A stretch of DNA of 64,000 nucleotides from an uncultured Solirubrobacteraceae bacterium (GCA_963830345.1 CAWHLZ010000004.1:1362590-1426589), one strand, 5' to 3'; shown: positions 1 to 11,334, counted from the first letter of the stretch. Translations and numbers: made by a program. The notes: a model not told the origin generated them from the sequence alone.

Positions 1-889
1 GGTCGTCGACCTTGACGACGACCCCATCGATCTCGAAATCCAGCTCGCCCCGGCGCCGCTCCCACTCCAGACATTGGGCGATCACCTCATCCTCGCTGCC
101 CAGCACCTGGATGCCCGAATTAACGCGAAAGCCGTGCTCGCGCAGCCACTCGAGCGCCTGCGAGTGCCGCTTGAACGACAGACCGTCGGCGACACCCACC
201 TGGTAGCACCAGATCGACAGCGGCCGCTTGGCCGCGTCCGCGGGATCGAGCTGGCGGATCGTGCCAGCGGCGGAGTTGCGCGGGTTCATGAACGTCGACT
301 CGCCCGCTTCCGCCCTGCGCTCGTTGAGCGCGGTGAAGTCCGTCAGCGACATGTACACCTCGCCGCGTACCTCCACCAGCGTGGGCGCGTCCGTGATGTG
401 CAGCGGGATCGCGCCGATCGTGCGCAGGTTGTGCGTCACGTCCTCCCCCACCTCGCCGTTGCCCCGCGTGGCGCCCCGCTCGAGCACGCCGTCGCGATAC
501 AGCAGGCTGATCGCCAGGCCGTCGATCTTGGGCTCGACCACGAACGTGAAGCCCGGCTCAGAGATCCCCTCGCGCGCGAGGTGGTTACGCATCCGCTCCA
601 CCCACGCGCGCAGCTCCTCCTCGGAGCGCACATTGTCGAGCGACAGCATCGGCTCCAGGTGGCGGACCTTCTCCAGCCGCCCCACCGGCTCACCGCCGAC
701 CCTCTGCGTGGGCGAATCGGCTGTGGCCAGCTGGGGGTGCTCGCGCTCGATCGCACGCAGCTCGTCGAGCAGGCGGTCGTACACGTCGTCGCCGACCTCA
801 GGGTCGTCGAGCACGTAGTAGCGGTGCGCGTGGTGCTCTAGCTCTCGGCGCAGCTGCTTCGCGCGGGCCGCCACGTCCGTGTCGCTCAC
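1..889 (-). CDS. ligA: NAD+-dependent DNA ligase, N-terminal part (3' end lies outside the window)
   Basis: My own minus-strand translation from GTG (complement of 887-889) reads VSDTDVAARAKQLRRELEHHAHRYYVLDDPEVGDDVYDRLLDELRAIEREHPQL...FVVEPKIDGLAISLLYRDGVLERGATRGNGEVGEDVT. It contains the adenylation KxDG motif. It is absent from the ORF track because no stop falls in the window. Its start overlaps the surE stop as GTGA. Confidence 0.9.
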   Translation of the reverse strand, partial: MSDTDVAARAKQLRRELEHHAHRYYVLDDPEVGDDVYDRLLDELRAIEREHPQLATADSPTQRVGGEPVGRLEKVRHLEPMLSLDNVRSEEELRAWVERMRNHLAREGISEPGFTFVVEPKIDGLAISLLYRDGVLERGATRGNGEVGEDVTHNLRTIGAIPLHITDAPTLVEVRGEVYMSLTDFTALNERRAEAGESTFMNPRNSAAGTIRQLDPADAAKRPLSIWCYQVGVADGLSFKRHSQALEWLREHGFRVNSGIQVLGSEDEVIAQCLEWERRRGELDFEIDGVVVKVDD

Positions 890-1737
890 GGCTGCGCGTC
901 GTGTGCTGGGCGATCTCCGATCGGTGGTGCCAGCATCTCCTCCAGATCGAAGCGCCGCAGCGCCTCCAGGCTCGGACGGTCGGTCAGGTCGAAATGGATC
1001 GGCGTGACCGCAATCCGACCTGCGGCGATGGCGGCCAGGTCGGTGCCGGGCTCGTCGTGGAAGCCGGGGTCTGAGCCGTAGATCCAGTAGCGGCGGCGGT
1101 GCTCCTCCTCGCGCTCGAGTTTCAGCTCGTCGCGGTAGATGCGCTTGCCGAGGCTCGTCACCTCGACCCCGCTGGGCTCGCCCGCGGGGACATTGATGTT
1201 GAGCAGCGTCCTGGCCGGCAGCGGCACCTCCTCGATGCGCTCGATCAGCCGCGCCACAAACGCAGCGGCCGTCTCGAAGCCAAAGCCGCCGTCGAAGCGG
1301 TAGTCGAGTGCGCCCGCGCGCGACTGCTGGGAGACAGCCACCGCCGGCAGCCCCAACACGACGCCCTCGAGCGCCGCCGCGACGGTGCCCGAGTAGGTGA
1401 TGTCGTCGCCGAGGTTGGCGCCGTGGTTGATGCCCGCCACAACCAGGTCCGCCGCGAAGTCCTCGACGATCCCGAGGCTCGCCAGCCGCACACAGTCGAC
1501 AGGAGTGCCGTCGGTCGCGTAGCCGGTGCTGCCGTCCGCGAACGGCACCTCCTCGACCCACAGCGGCCTGCGTGTGGTGATCGAGCGCGCCGTCGCCGAG
1601 CGGTTGCCGTCGGGGGCAATCACCGCCAGGCGCACGTCGTCGAGCTCCAGCAGCGCGCGCCGCATCGCCTGCAGGCCATCGGCCTCGATCCCGTCGTCGT
1701 TTGTCAGCAGCACGTTGAGCATGGCTGGATTCAGCAT
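886..1737 (-). CDS. surE: 5'/3'-nucleotidase SurE
   Basis: 283-aa ORF with LLTNDDGIEADGLQAM near the N-terminus and GINHGANLGDDITYSGTVAAA, both typical of SurE. Confidence 0.93.
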   Translation of the reverse strand: MLNPAMLNVLLTNDDGIEADGLQAMRRALLELDDVRLAVIAPDGNRSATARSITTRRPLWVEEVPFADGSTGYATDGTPVDCVRLASLGIVEDFAADLVVAGINHGANLGDDITYSGTVAAALEGVVLGLPAVAVSQQSRAGALDYRFDGGFGFETAAAFVARLIERIEEVPLPARTLLNINVPAGEPSGVEVTSLGKRIYRDELKLEREEEHRRRYWIYGSDPGFHDEPGTDLAAIAAGRIAVTPIHFDLTDRPSLEALRRFDLEEMLAPPIGDRPAHDAQP

Positions 1738-1819
1738 AGGGGCCGCTTCGGTCCTCGCGCGTGAAGATGTGCAGCGGTGCGCGAGGGCTGCAGCGGCATG
1801 CGACGAGCTCGGCGCCTGC

Positions 1820-2599
1820 TCACCGACCCTCGTAGGACACCCGCGCCAGCGCCAGCCCGTGCGCGGGCGCCGTCCTGCCAGCCTCCGCGCGCGGCCTGCC
1901 GTCGAGCAGCCCTGTGAACTCCTCGAGCGTGCGCGCGCCGCTGGCGACGTCGAGCATCGTGCCCACGAGCACGCGGTTCATGTGGCGTAGGAACATGTCC
2001 GCCTCGATCCAGAACTCGAGCAGCTCGCCGTCGGCCCGCCACTCGGCGGAGACGACCTCGCACTGGAAATACGAGTGCTCGGTTTCGGTGGGCGTGAACG
2101 CGGTGAAGTCGTGCCTGCCGAGCAGCGCGCTCGCGCACTCATCGAGTGCCTCCCGGTCGAGGGTGCCGGTCCACCAGAACGCGCGCCGGCGCTCGAACAC
2201 CGAGCGCGTGCGGCGGGCGAGCACGCGGTAGCAGTAGGTGCGGCTGGTGGCGTCACGTCGGGCGTCGAAGTCGATCGGCGCCGGCTCGGCGGCGAGCACC
2301 GCCAGGTCGCCGTCGAGCATGCCGTTCAGACGCAGCGGATCGACCGCCTCGTGCGCGTAGCTGGCGACCTGGCCCCACGCGTGCACGCCCGCATCGGTGC
2401 GCCCGGCGACCGTCAGCGCCAGCGGCCGCCCATCGCTGGCGGTCTCACCGAGCACCGTCCGCAGCGCACGCTCGAGCTCGTCCTGCACCGTGCGCTTGTC
2501 CGGCTGGCGCGCCCAGCCGGCGAAGTCCGTCCCGTCGTACTCGATCGTGAGCTTGGTGACCATCACCGTGCAGCACCGCCGCGCATCACCGCTCGGCAC
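1820..2599 (-). CDS. truA: tRNA pseudouridine(38-40) synthase TruA
   Basis: LTIEYDGTDFAGWARQP and GRTDAGVHAWGQV (catalytic Asp motif). The true start is probably MVTKL at 2563. It sits after rplQ as in many bacteria. Confidence 0.92.
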   Translation of the reverse strand: MPSGDARRCCTVMVTKLTIEYDGTDFAGWARQPDKRTVQDELERALRTVLGETASDGRPLALTVAGRTDAGVHAWGQVASYAHEAVDPLRLNGMLDGDLAVLAAEPAPIDFDARRDATSRTYCYRVLARRTRSVFERRRAFWWTGTLDREALDECASALLGRHDFTAFTPTETEHSYFQCEVVSAEWRADGELLEFWIEADMFLRHMNRVLVGTMLDVASGARTLEEFTGLLDGRPRAEAGRTAPAHGLALARVSYEGR

Positions 2600-2684
2600 C
2601 GCCGCGCATCACCGCTCGGCACCGCTGCGAGCACACGAGTTGCGCACACGACGCCGCGCGAGCCGGTGCGCGACCGGCGCAACC

Positions 2685-3038
2685 TCAGACGAGCTCGATG
2701 AAGACCATCTCCGTCGAGTCGCTGCGGCGCGGCCCGAGCTTGAGGATGCGCGTGTAGCCGCCCGGGCGCTCCTTGTAGCGGGGCGCAACCTCCGCGAACA
2801 GCTTGTGCACCGCGAACTTGTCCTGCGAGAGCGTCGACAGCGCCTGGCGACGTGCGTGCAGATCGCCGCGCTTGGCGAGCGTGATCAATTTCTCGATCTC
2901 CGGCTTGACCGCCTTGGCCTTGGCCTCGGTCGTCTTGATCCGCTCGTGCTCGATGATCTCCTTGCTCAGGTTCATGAGCAGCGCCTTGCGGTGCGCGGAG
3001 TCGCGGCTGAGCTTGTTGCGTGTCTTTTGGTGGCGCAT
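2685..3038 (-). CDS. rplQ: 50S ribosomal protein L17
   Basis: 117 aa, [24 protein letters not shown]...; follows rpoA. Confidence 0.97.
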   Translation of the reverse strand: MRHQKTRNKLSRDSAHRKALLMNLSKEIIEHERIKTTEAKAKAVKPEIEKLITLAKRGDLHARRQALSTLSQDKFAVHKLFAEVAPRYKERPGGYTRILKLGPRRSDSTEMVFIELV

Positions 3039-3143
3039 GAGCGGGGTGTGGGACGAGGGTCAGTGTAGGCGAGGCGACGGGTGTTGGTAGTCCTCACCTG
3101 AGGTCTGTATAACGATGGTAATACAAACCTCGTGTCCGGACAG

Positions 3144-4157
3144 TTAGTCCTGGCGCAAGTTGAGCCCCCGCGCGTGCAGCGTTTCGATGACCTCGTCGAT
3201 CGACTTTTTGCCGAAGTTGGGGATCGCGTTGAGCTCGCCCTCGGACTTGGAGATGAGGTCGCCGACCGTCTGGATGCCGGCGCGCTTGAGGCAGTTGTAC
3301 GAGCGCACGCCAAGCTCCAGCTCCTCGATCAGGATGCCCCACTCCTCGCCCTGCAGCGCTGCCTGCGAGCCGCCGCCAACGGCCAGGCCATGGCCGTCGA
3401 GCTGACCACCGGGGGTCGCGCGCAGCTCCTGGATGCGGTCGGCGTCGGTGAAGATCGCGAGCTGCGAGATCAGCAGCTCGGCCGCCTCGCGCAGCGCTGC
3501 CTGCGGGTCGATCGAGCCGTCGGTCTCGATGTCCAGGGTGAGCTTGTCGAAGTCCGTCTTCTGGCCGACACGCGCCTGCTCGACCGCGTAGGCAACACGC
3601 CGCACGGGCGAGAAGATCGAGTCGATCGGGATCACCCCGATCGGCTGGTCGGCAGACTTGTTCTCCTCGGCCGGCCGATAGCCGCGCCCGCGTCCGATCG
3701 TCATGTACAGCTCGAGCTTAGTTTTCTTCTCGAGCGTCGCTATGTGCAGGTCCGGGTTGAGGATCTCCACGCCTGCCGGCAGGTCGATGTCCTTGGCGGT
3801 GATCTCGCCCGGCCCGGTGACCACCAGCGGCGCCTCGACCTCGCTGGCGTCCGAGTGCATCCGGCAGACGACGCCCTTGAGGTTGAGCACGATGTCAGTC
3901 ACGTCCTCCTTGACGCCCTGAATCGTGGAGAACTCGTGTGCAACGCCCTCGATGCGCACGCTCGTGACGGCGGCGCCTGCAAGGGAGGAGAGCAATACGC
4001 GCCGCAGCGAGTTGCCGAACGTGTAGCCGAAGCCGCGATCCAGCGGCTCGATCGTGAACGTGCCACGGTTCTGCTCCACGGACTCGCTTGTGATCCGGGG
4101 GATTTGGAAGTCGAGCATGAGAGTCCTAACGTCGATTTGGTGTCGCACCGGCGCCAC
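3144..4157 (-). CDS. rpoA: DNA-directed RNA polymerase subunit alpha
   Basis: 337 aa. N-terminal domain FTIEPLDRGFGYTFGNSLRRVLLSS and C-terminal domain LELGVRSYNCLKRAGIQTVGDL. It lies between rpsD and rplQ. Confidence 0.98.
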   Translation of the reverse strand: MAPVRHQIDVRTLMLDFQIPRITSESVEQNRGTFTIEPLDRGFGYTFGNSLRRVLLSSLAGAAVTSVRIEGVAHEFSTIQGVKEDVTDIVLNLKGVVCRMHSDASEVEAPLVVTGPGEITAKDIDLPAGVEILNPDLHIATLEKKTKLELYMTIGRGRGYRPAEENKSADQPIGVIPIDSIFSPVRRVAYAVEQARVGQKTDFDKLTLDIETDGSIDPQAALREAAELLISQLAIFTDADRIQELRATPGGQLDGHGLAVGGGSQAALQGEEWGILIEELELGVRSYNCLKRAGIQTVGDLISKSEGELNAIPNFGKKSIDEVIETLHARGLNLRQD

Positions 4158-4218
4158 TGAGGGCGCCGGCTCTGAGCGCTGCCGCCCGGTTGGGGCGCCA
4201 GCGCGGGCAAAGGTCCTT

Positions 4219-4839
4219 CTACTTCGAGTACAGCTCGACGATGAGCTGCTCCTGCACCGGCGCAGCGACCTCGCGCCGCTCCGGCTTGCGCAGCACCTTG
4301 GCCGAGAGCGACTCGTGATCGGCCTGGAGCCACGCGGGTATCTGTCCGGTCAGCTCGGTGGCATCTCTGACCACCTGCGTCGCCGGCGTGTCGACCTTGA
4401 TGGTGATCACGTCGCCTGGACGCACCTGATAGCTGGGAATGTTCACCCGCCGGCCGTTGACCGTCCAGTGGCCATGGCGAATTAGCTGGCGCGCTTGCCG
4501 CCGCGAGGCAGCGAAGCCGAGACGCACCAGCACGTTGTCCAGCCGGCACTCCAACAGCGCGAGTAGGTTCTCGCCGGTGATACCCGGCTGACGAGATGCC
4601 TTGACGTAGTAGCCGTGGAACTGCTTCTCGAGCACTCCGTAATAGCGACGCGCCTTCTGCTTCTCGCGCAGCTGCACCCGATACTCGCTCTGTTTCATGC
4701 GCCCGCGCCCGTGCTCGCCCGGCGGGTAGGAGCGGCGCTCCACGCCGCACTTGTCGGTCAGACAGCGCTCGCCCTTGAGGAACAGCTTCTGCCCCTCGCG
4801 GCGACACTGCTTGCACTGCGGACTCGTATCCCTTGCCAT
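4219..4839 (-). CDS. rpsD: 30S ribosomal protein S4
   Basis: 206 aa, [20 protein letters not shown]... with an S4 domain ([25 protein letters not shown]). Confidence 0.97.
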   Translation of the reverse strand: MARDTSPQCKQCRREGQKLFLKGERCLTDKCGVERRSYPPGEHGRGRMKQSEYRVQLREKQKARRYYGVLEKQFHGYYVKASRQPGITGENLLALLECRLDNVLVRLGFAASRRQARQLIRHGHWTVNGRRVNIPSYQVRPGDVITIKVDTPATQVVRDATELTGQIPAWLQADHESLSAKVLRKPERREVAAPVQEQLIVELYSK

Positions 4840-4842
4840 CTG

Positions 4843-5238
4843 CTAGACCCTCCGCCGCTTGCGGGGGCGGCAGCCGTTGTGTGCCTGCGGGGTCACGTCC
4901 TTGACGCCGGTCACTTCCAGGCCGGCTGCCTGCAGCGAGCGGATCGCGGTCTCGCGACCGGAGCCCGGGCCCTTGACGTAGACCTCAACCTTCTGAAGCC
5001 CCTGTTCGAGGCCCTTGCGCGCGGCCGCGTCGGCGGTCACCTGAGCAGCGAACGGGGTCGACTTGCGCGAGCCCTTGAAGCCGGCGCCGCCAGCGGACTC
5101 CCACGCGATCACGTTGCCGGCGGTATCCGTCAACGAGACGATCGTGTTGTTGAACGACGTCTTGATGTGCGCCTGCCCGACCGGGATGTTCTTTTTCGGC
5201 TTGCGCCGGCCGCGGGCACGCTTGGGAGCTGGGGGCAT
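4843..5238 (-). CDS. rpsK: 30S ribosomal protein S11
   Basis: 131 aa, [46 protein letters not shown]. Confidence 0.97.
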   Translation of the reverse strand: MPPAPKRARGRRKPKKNIPVGQAHIKTSFNNTIVSLTDTAGNVIAWESAGGAGFKGSRKSTPFAAQVTADAAARKGLEQGLQKVEVYVKGPGSGRETAIRSLQAAGLEVTGVKDVTPQAHNGCRPRKRRRV

Positions 5239-5621
5239 TACTTCTTCCCAGCCCGCTTCTTGCCCGCCACCTGCATGCGCTTAGGTCCCTTGCGCGTGCG
5301 GGCATTGGTCTTGGTCTTCTGCCCGCGCACCGGCAGCCCGCGACGGTGGCGCAGGCCGCGGTAGGAGCCGATCTCCTGCAGCCGTTTGATGTCTTGGGAG
5401 CGCTCGCGCCGCAGATCGCCCTCGACGGTCAGGCCGTCGTCGATCGCGTCCCGCAGCTTGGCCACCTCGTCCTCGGTGAGGTCGCGGATGTAGGTGTCGG
5501 GATGAACACCTACCTGCGTGAGCACCTTGTTGGACGTCGAACGCCCAATCCCGTAGATATAGGTCAGCCCGATCTCCGAACGCTTGTTCAAAGGCAGATT
5601 GACTCCAGCGATGCGTGCCAC
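5238..5621 (-). CDS. rpsM: 30S ribosomal protein S13
   Basis: 127 aa, [30 protein letters not shown]...; GTG start. Confidence 0.97.
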   Translation of the reverse strand: MARIAGVNLPLNKRSEIGLTYIYGIGRSTSNKVLTQVGVHPDTYIRDLTEDEVAKLRDAIDDGLTVEGDLRRERSQDIKRLQEIGSYRGLRHRRGLPVRGQKTKTNARTRKGPKRMQVAGKKRAGKK

Positions 5622-5629
5622 CTAGCTGA

Positions 5630-5743
5630 TCACCCCTGCCGCTGCTTGTGGCGCTTGTTCTGGCAGATCACCAGCACCACCCCGTGGCGGCGAATGATCT
5701 TGCATTTCTCGCACATCGGCTTGACCGACGGTCTTACCTTCAT
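5630..5743 (-). CDS. rpmJ: 50S ribosomal protein L36
   Basis: Too short for the ORF track. My own translation gives [37 protein letters not shown]. It sits directly upstream of rpsM. Confidence 0.93.
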   Translation of the reverse strand: MKVRPSVKPMCEKCKIIRRHGVVLVICQNKRHKQRQG

Positions 5744-5875
5744 GATCCCTTTCGGCGGCTGGGTTCCGGCGACTCGGCTCTGGCTGCCGTTGCGGCCGCC
5801 GCTACCGGATCGTGGAGATACCCTCGCGCACGCAAATAGCCGCGCGCTGGGGCAGGACCCCAGATGGTAGCAAGC

Positions 5876-6682
<807 letters not shown>

Positions 6683-6786
6683 CCACGGAGCTTAGCTTGA
6701 GAGTTAGCCGCGCAGGGCGTCCAACCCTGCGATCTTCATACTGCGTACGGCATCCCACCCGTACTTGACCGCTCGACATCGGCTTA

Positions 6787-7464
6787 CTAGAGCTTCTCCT
6801 CCAGGCGTAGCGTGGCGACGGTCGCTCTGACGTGCGCGTGAACCTCGTCGGCGCTGCGCCGTCCGTCGAAGCGGCGCAGCAGCGCGGCGTGGTCATAGTG
6901 GGCGATCAACGGCTCGGTCTGGGAGTGGTAGACCTCCAGTCGGCGTCGGATCGTCTCCTCCTTGTCGTCATCGCGCTGGATCAGGCGTGAGCCGTCCTGG
7001 TCACACACACCCTCGTGCTTGGGTGGATCGAAGTCAATGTGGTAGATGTGGCTGGGGTTCTTCACGCATACCCGCCGTCCGGCCAGGCGACGCACCAGAT
7101 CGTCGTCGGGTACTTCGATCAGCAGCGCGGCCGTCAGCCGCCGATCGAGGCCCCGGAGCGCCTCGTCGAGAGCGTCCGCTTGGCGTTCGTTGCGGGGGAA
7201 GCCGTCGAGTAGGAAGCCGTCGCGCGCGTCTGCGTCGGCGACGCGCTCGGTGATCATCCCGACGATCACCTCGTCGGGCACCAGCTCGCCCGCGTCCATG
7301 TAGCGTTGAGCCTGCTGCCCCAGCTCGCTCCCCTCGGCTACCTGCGCGCGGAGGATGTCGCCGGTGGAGATGTGGGGCAGCCCGAAGTCCTCGCGCAGGC
7401 GGTCGGCCTGGGTGCCCTTGCCAGCGCCGGGCGGGCCGAGCAGGATCAGGTTCAAATCGGACAA
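6787..7464 (-). CDS. adk: Adenylate kinase
   Basis: 225 aa with P-loop LILLGPPGAGKGTQA and ISTGDILRA; follows secY. Confidence 0.95.
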   Translation of the reverse strand: MSDLNLILLGPPGAGKGTQADRLREDFGLPHISTGDILRAQVAEGSELGQQAQRYMDAGELVPDEVIVGMITERVADADARDGFLLDGFPRNERQADALDEALRGLDRRLTAALLIEVPDDDLVRRLAGRRVCVKNPSHIYHIDFDPPKHEGVCDQDGSRLIQRDDDKEETIRRRLEVYHSQTEPLIAHYDHAALLRRFDGRRSADEVHAHVRATVATLRLEEKL

Positions 7465-7560
7465 GACTGGGGCAGCCTATCCGCTTGGGGGGTGCCGTTG
7501 CCACCATTGACGGCCTCGACCGGCGTGTCGGGGGCCCGGTGCACCACCCACCTCCCGCCA

Positions 7561-7623
7561 AGCGAAGCCTGTCCGTCTGGCGGTCGCCGCGAAGTCGCGG
7601 CCGCCAGACGGACAGGCGAAGCG
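7561..7623 (-). terminator. Long GC-rich hairpin (about 21 bp of stem with a 3-nt bulge) starting right after the secY stop; no U-tract
   Basis: cctgtccgtctggcgg (7568-7583) pairs with ccgccagacggacagg (7601-7616). An inner ccgcg/cgcgg stem closes an aagt loop. It abuts the secY TAG (7624-7626). A near-identical copy follows rplL. Confidence 0.5.
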
Positions 7624-8895
7624 CTACTTCAGGAATCCCTCGTAACTTCGCATCATCAACTGCGCCTCGAGCTGCTTCATGGTTTCCAGCGCCACACCGA
7701 TCACGATCAGGATGGACGTGCCGCCGAACTGGAACTGCTGGTGCGTCTGCGAGAACAGGATCGCCGGCAGCGCCGCCACGGCGGCGAGGAACAGCGCGCC
7801 GGGAAAGGTCAGACGCGCGAGGATGCGATCGAGGAATTCGGCGGTCGGGCGCCCGGGCCGCACGCCGGGGATGAACCCGCCGTACTTCTTCAGGTTGTCC
7901 GCCTGGTCGACCGGGTTGAACGTGACCGCCGTGTAGAAGTAGGTGAAGAGGATGATGAACAGCGACTCGCCAACGACGTAGTGCCAGCCGTTGGGCGTAA
8001 AGAAGTCCGACAGCGACTGGCCCCAGTGGGTTTTGACGAGCTGCCCGACGGTCGGCGGGAAAGCCATGATGCTCGCGGCGAAGATCACCGGGATCACCCC
8101 CGCCATGTTCACACGCAGCGGCAGGTAGGTCTGGCCGCCCTCTGTCATCCGCCGTCCGATCACACGCTTGGCGTACTGCACGGGGATCCGCCGCTGCCCT
8201 TCCTGGACGAACACGATCGCCGCCACCACCGCAAGCACCAGGAACGGCGCCATCACCTTGAAGACCTGATCCTGGGTGGTCCACCAGGTTTGGATGGCGG
8301 TGGGCAGACGCGAGACGATCGAGGCGAAGATCAGCAGCGAGATGCCGTTGCCGATGCCCCGCTGGGTGATCAGCTCGCCGACCCACATCAGCAGCACGCA
8401 GCCGGTCGTCAGACAGATGACGATCAAGAAGATGTGAGGCAGGTCGAAGTGGGTGATGACGTTTTCGCCGGCTTTGGCCTGGAGCGTGTGGAACAGGAAG
8501 ACGTAGCCGATCGACTGGGCGAACGCGAGCCCGACCGTCAGATAGCGGGTGTACTGCGTGATGCGCGCCTGGCCGACTTCGCCTTCCTTGGAGAGCTTCT
8601 CCAGCGACGGCACCGCGACCTGCAGCAGCTGCAGGATGATCGAGGAGGTGATGTACGGCATGATCCCCAGCGCGAAGATGGCGAGTTTGGACAGGCCACC
8701 GCCGGAGAACAGGTTCAGGTAGCTGAGGATGCCACCGCCGCCGAAGGACTTCTGGATGTTGTTGACCGCCGTCAGGTTGACGCCCGGCACGGGTACGTGG
8801 GAGCCGAGACGGTAGATCAACAGCATCCCCGCCGTGAAGGCGATCTTCTTGCGGATGTCCGCAACCTGGAAAGCGTTCAGAATGGTCGAAAGCAT
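7624..8895 (-). CDS. secY: Preprotein translocase subunit SecY
   Basis: 423 aa, multi-TM, with LFSGGGLSKLAIFALGIMPYITSSII and the conserved position after rplO. Confidence 0.97.
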   Translation of the reverse strand: MLSTILNAFQVADIRKKIAFTAGMLLIYRLGSHVPVPGVNLTAVNNIQKSFGGGGILSYLNLFSGGGLSKLAIFALGIMPYITSSIILQLLQVAVPSLEKLSKEGEVGQARITQYTRYLTVGLAFAQSIGYVFLFHTLQAKAGENVITHFDLPHIFLIVICLTTGCVLLMWVGELITQRGIGNGISLLIFASIVSRLPTAIQTWWTTQDQVFKVMAPFLVLAVVAAIVFVQEGQRRIPVQYAKRVIGRRMTEGGQTYLPLRVNMAGVIPVIFAASIMAFPPTVGQLVKTHWGQSLSDFFTPNGWHYVVGESLFIILFTYFYTAVTFNPVDQADNLKKYGGFIPGVRPGRPTAEFLDRILARLTFPGALFLAAVAALPAILFSQTHQQFQFGGTSILIVIGVALETMKQLEAQLMMRSYEGFLK

Positions 8896-9003
8896 CGTTT
8901 CAGTCCCTCGTGCACCTGCCGATCGCAGGCGAACCCCGTTTGGAGTGGCCGATTCTAGTGGATGCGCCGCCGAGCATCGCCGCTTGCGCGGCGGTGGGCT
9001 TGG

Positions 9004-9552
9004 CTAGCCCTCGACGGTCGTGCAGGTGCCACCGGCGGCCTCGATGCGCTCGCGCGCGCTCGCGCTGAACGCGTGGGCGTGCACCGTCAACGCCTTGCTG
9101 ATCTCGCCCTTTGCGAGGATCTTGATCGGGATGCCCTTGCGGGTCCCTAGGCCGTTGGCTTGCATCAGCTCGACCGTGACATCGGTGCCAGCGTCGAAGC
9201 GACTCTCCAGCGCGGCGATGTTCACGGGCTGGGTGTGCGTGCGGAACGGCTCGAACGGCATCGACTTCTTCATGTGTGGCCCGCGCAGCTTTCGCATACG
9301 CATGTGGATCGGCATCTGGCCACCCTCGAATGCAGCCCTGCTCTTCGAGCCGGCGCGCGAGCCCGCGCCCTTCTGGCCGCGGCCGGAGGTCTTGCCGGTA
9401 CCCGAACCTTCGCCGCGCCCCACCCGCTTGCGCGGACGGCGGCTTCCTGGTGCCGGCGCGAGGCTGTGCAGTCCGACGCGCTCCTCGCCGTCCCGCTTGC
9501 CTGCTTGCGACCCCGCAGGGGGTGTGGCCCCGGCCGGGGTGACAGCGCTCAC
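9004..9552 (-). CDS. rplO: 50S ribosomal protein L15 (with an N-terminal extension of about 25 aa)
   Basis: LHSLAPAPGSRRPRKRVGRGEGSGTGKTSGRGQKG. The GTG start overlaps the rpmD stop as GTGA. Confidence 0.95.
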   Translation of the reverse strand: MSAVTPAGATPPAGSQAGKRDGEERVGLHSLAPAPGSRRPRKRVGRGEGSGTGKTSGRGQKGAGSRAGSKSRAAFEGGQMPIHMRMRKLRGPHMKKSMPFEPFRTHTQPVNIAALESRFDAGTDVTVELMQANGLGTRKGIPIKILAKGEISKALTVHAHAFSASARERIEAAGGTCTTVEG

Positions 9553-9731
9553 TTGCCCTCCTTAACCTCAACCAGGTGGCGCACCGTGTGCAGCATGCCG
9601 CGCGCCTGCTCGGAGTCCTTGACCTCGACCGTGTGGCCGATGCGGCGCAGACCGAGCGAGCGCAGCGTGTCGAGCTGTTTGCTGTTCGAGCCGTTGCTCG
9701 ACCGGCGCTGGGTGACGCTCAGCGCACCCAT
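9549..9731 (-). CDS. rpmD: 50S ribosomal protein L30
   Basis: 60 aa, LSVTQRRSSNGSNSKQLDTLRSLGLRRIGHTVEVKD. Confidence 0.93.
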   Translation of the reverse strand: MGALSVTQRRSSNGSNSKQLDTLRSLGLRRIGHTVEVKDSEQARGMLHTVRHLVEVKEGK

Positions 9732-10402
9732 TACGCGGAGGCCTCGTCAGCAGCAATCGTCGCAACTGGCGTATCCGATTCGGCCTGCGGTGTATCCGAC
9801 TCGACCTGTGCGTCCGACTCGACCTCTGTCCTGGTCGCTGTCTCGGCATCAGACGTCTGCGCAGCCCCGTTGGCCGGCTCTCCGCCAAGACCGAGGACCT
9901 GGTTGATGCTCAGCCCGCGCAACTTTCCGACCTCCTCGGGGGTGCGCAGTCCGCGCAGTCCAGCCACCGTGGCCTTCACGAGGTTGATCGGGTTCTGCGT
10001 GCCGAGGCTCTTGGACAGGATGTCGTGGATGCCCGCCAGCTCGAGCACCGCGCGTACGCCCCCGCCGGCGATCACACCTGTACCGGGCGATGCCGGCTTG
10101 AGCAGCACGCGCCCAGCGCCGAACACACCGGTGGTCTTGTGGGTGATCGTGCTGCCGTGCTTGGGCACGCGGAAGAGGTCCTTCTTGGCCCGCTCGACGC
10201 CCTTCTGGATCGCCAGCGGCACCTCGTTTGCCTTGCCGTAGCCGACGCCCACGACGTCCCGTTCGTCCCCCACGACCACCAGCGCGGTGAACGAGAAGCG
10301 ACGCCCACCCTTGACGACCTTGGCGACGCGGTTAATCTCGACCACACGCTCCTGGAGATCCAGGCCGGCTGGGTTGACTGAGCGATCTATCGATATGGAC
10401 AT
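9731..10402 (-). CDS. rpsE: 30S ribosomal protein S5 (acidic C-terminal extension)
   Basis: 223 aa, [29 protein letters not shown]...; the tail is ...[34 protein letters not shown]. Confidence 0.95.
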   Translation of the reverse strand: MSISIDRSVNPAGLDLQERVVEINRVAKVVKGGRRFSFTALVVVGDERDVVGVGYGKANEVPLAIQKGVERAKKDLFRVPKHGSTITHKTTGVFGAGRVLLKPASPGTGVIAGGGVRAVLELAGIHDILSKSLGTQNPINLVKATVAGLRGLRTPEEVGKLRGLSINQVLGLGGEPANGAAQTSDAETATRTEVESDAQVESDTPQAESDTPVATIAADEASA

Positions 10403-10443
10403 GGCAGGAGGGAGAGGTTAGCGGGAGCGCGAGCCGTCGGCGC

Positions 10444-10797
10444 CTAAACGGTGATGCCCGCCTCACGGATAGCCTCGGCGAAGGTACGTACATGGCCGTG
10501 GTACTGGTAGCCACCGCGATCGAACACTGCCTCGGAGATACCCGCCGCCTTGGCGCGCTCGGCAAACAGCTGCGCGGCGCGCTTGGAGCGCTCGGATTTC
10601 TCAAGCGTTCGGAGCTCAGGCTCAAACCAGTTGACAGCGGCAAGTGTGCGCGCGGCGACGTCGTCGATGAGCTGCGCCGAGAGTCCCCGATTGGAACGGA
10701 ACACCGAGATCCTTGGACGGCTGGCGGTGCCAGAGATCTTCGCGCGCACCCTGCGGCGCCGTTTGAGCCGGCGGGTCTCCTTCGTGAGGACGGTCAT
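10444..10797 (-). CDS. rplR: 50S ribosomal protein L18
   Basis: 117 aa, [34 protein letters not shown]...[23 protein letters not shown]. Confidence 0.95.
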   Translation of the reverse strand: MTVLTKETRRLKRRRRVRAKISGTASRPRISVFRSNRGLSAQLIDDVAARTLAAVNWFEPELRTLEKSERSKRAAQLFAERAKAAGISEAVFDRGGYQYHGHVRTFAEAIREAGITV

Positions 10798-11327
10798 GCC
10801 CTCTTTCCAACCTTGCGCTGGACGTGCTCGCCCTCGTAGCGGATGCCCTTGCCCTTGTAAGGCTCGGGCGGACGCTGCTTGCGGATGATCGCCGCCGTCT
10901 CGCCGACGAGCTGCTTGGAGATGCCTTTGACGACGACGCGTGTCGGCTGTGGCACTTCAAACTCGATGCCGTTTGGGGCTGGGATCGGAACGGGGTGGGA
11001 GTACCCGACAGCCAGCTCCAGGTTCTTACCCTTCAGCTGGGCGCGATATCCAACGCCCTGGATCTCCAACCGCTTCTCATAGCCGCTGGTGACACCCTCG
11101 ACCATGTTCGCGACCAGTGTACGCGTCAGCCCGTGCAGCGCGCGATGCTCACCGCGATCGGTCGGTCGTGTGACCACCAGTTGCGCGCCGTCCTGGGTCA
11201 CCTGGATGTCCCTGTGAATACGCTCACTGAGCTCACCTTTGGGCCCCTTTACGCTCACCGACTCGGGCTCAATCGAAACCGTCACGCCGGCTGGCACGAG
11301 TATGGGCTGTCTACCGATTCTCGACAT
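10794..11327 (-). CDS. rplF: 50S ribosomal protein L6
   Basis: [21 protein letters not shown]...; I chose the ATG at 11327 (the ORF track extends to 11366), which leaves a 7-nt gap to the rpsH stop. Confidence 0.95.
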   Translation of the reverse strand: MSRIGRQPILVPAGVTVSIEPESVSVKGPKGELSERIHRDIQVTQDGAQLVVTRPTDRGEHRALHGLTRTLVANMVEGVTSGYEKRLEIQGVGYRAQLKGKNLELAVGYSHPVPIPAPNGIEFEVPQPTRVVVKGISKQLVGETAAIIRKQRPPEPYKGKGIRYEGEHVQRKVGKRA

Positions 11328-11334
11328 CGTGCCG

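Noticed and set aside
74-841. 255-aa plus-strand ORF (and the 196-aa ORF at 228..818) at the window start
   Set aside because: Arg/Leu/Ala/Val-rich sequence with no recognisable motif. It is antisense to a clear LigA reading frame on the minus strand, so it is a typical GC-rich shadow ORF.
7034-8958. Long ORFs 7034..8386 (-, 450 aa) and 7306..8958 (+, 550 aa)
   Set aside because: These are alternative frames or antisense of secY and adk. Their composition (Arg/Pro/Gly/Asp runs) is non-protein-like, while secY and adk in the chosen frames have diagnostic motifs.
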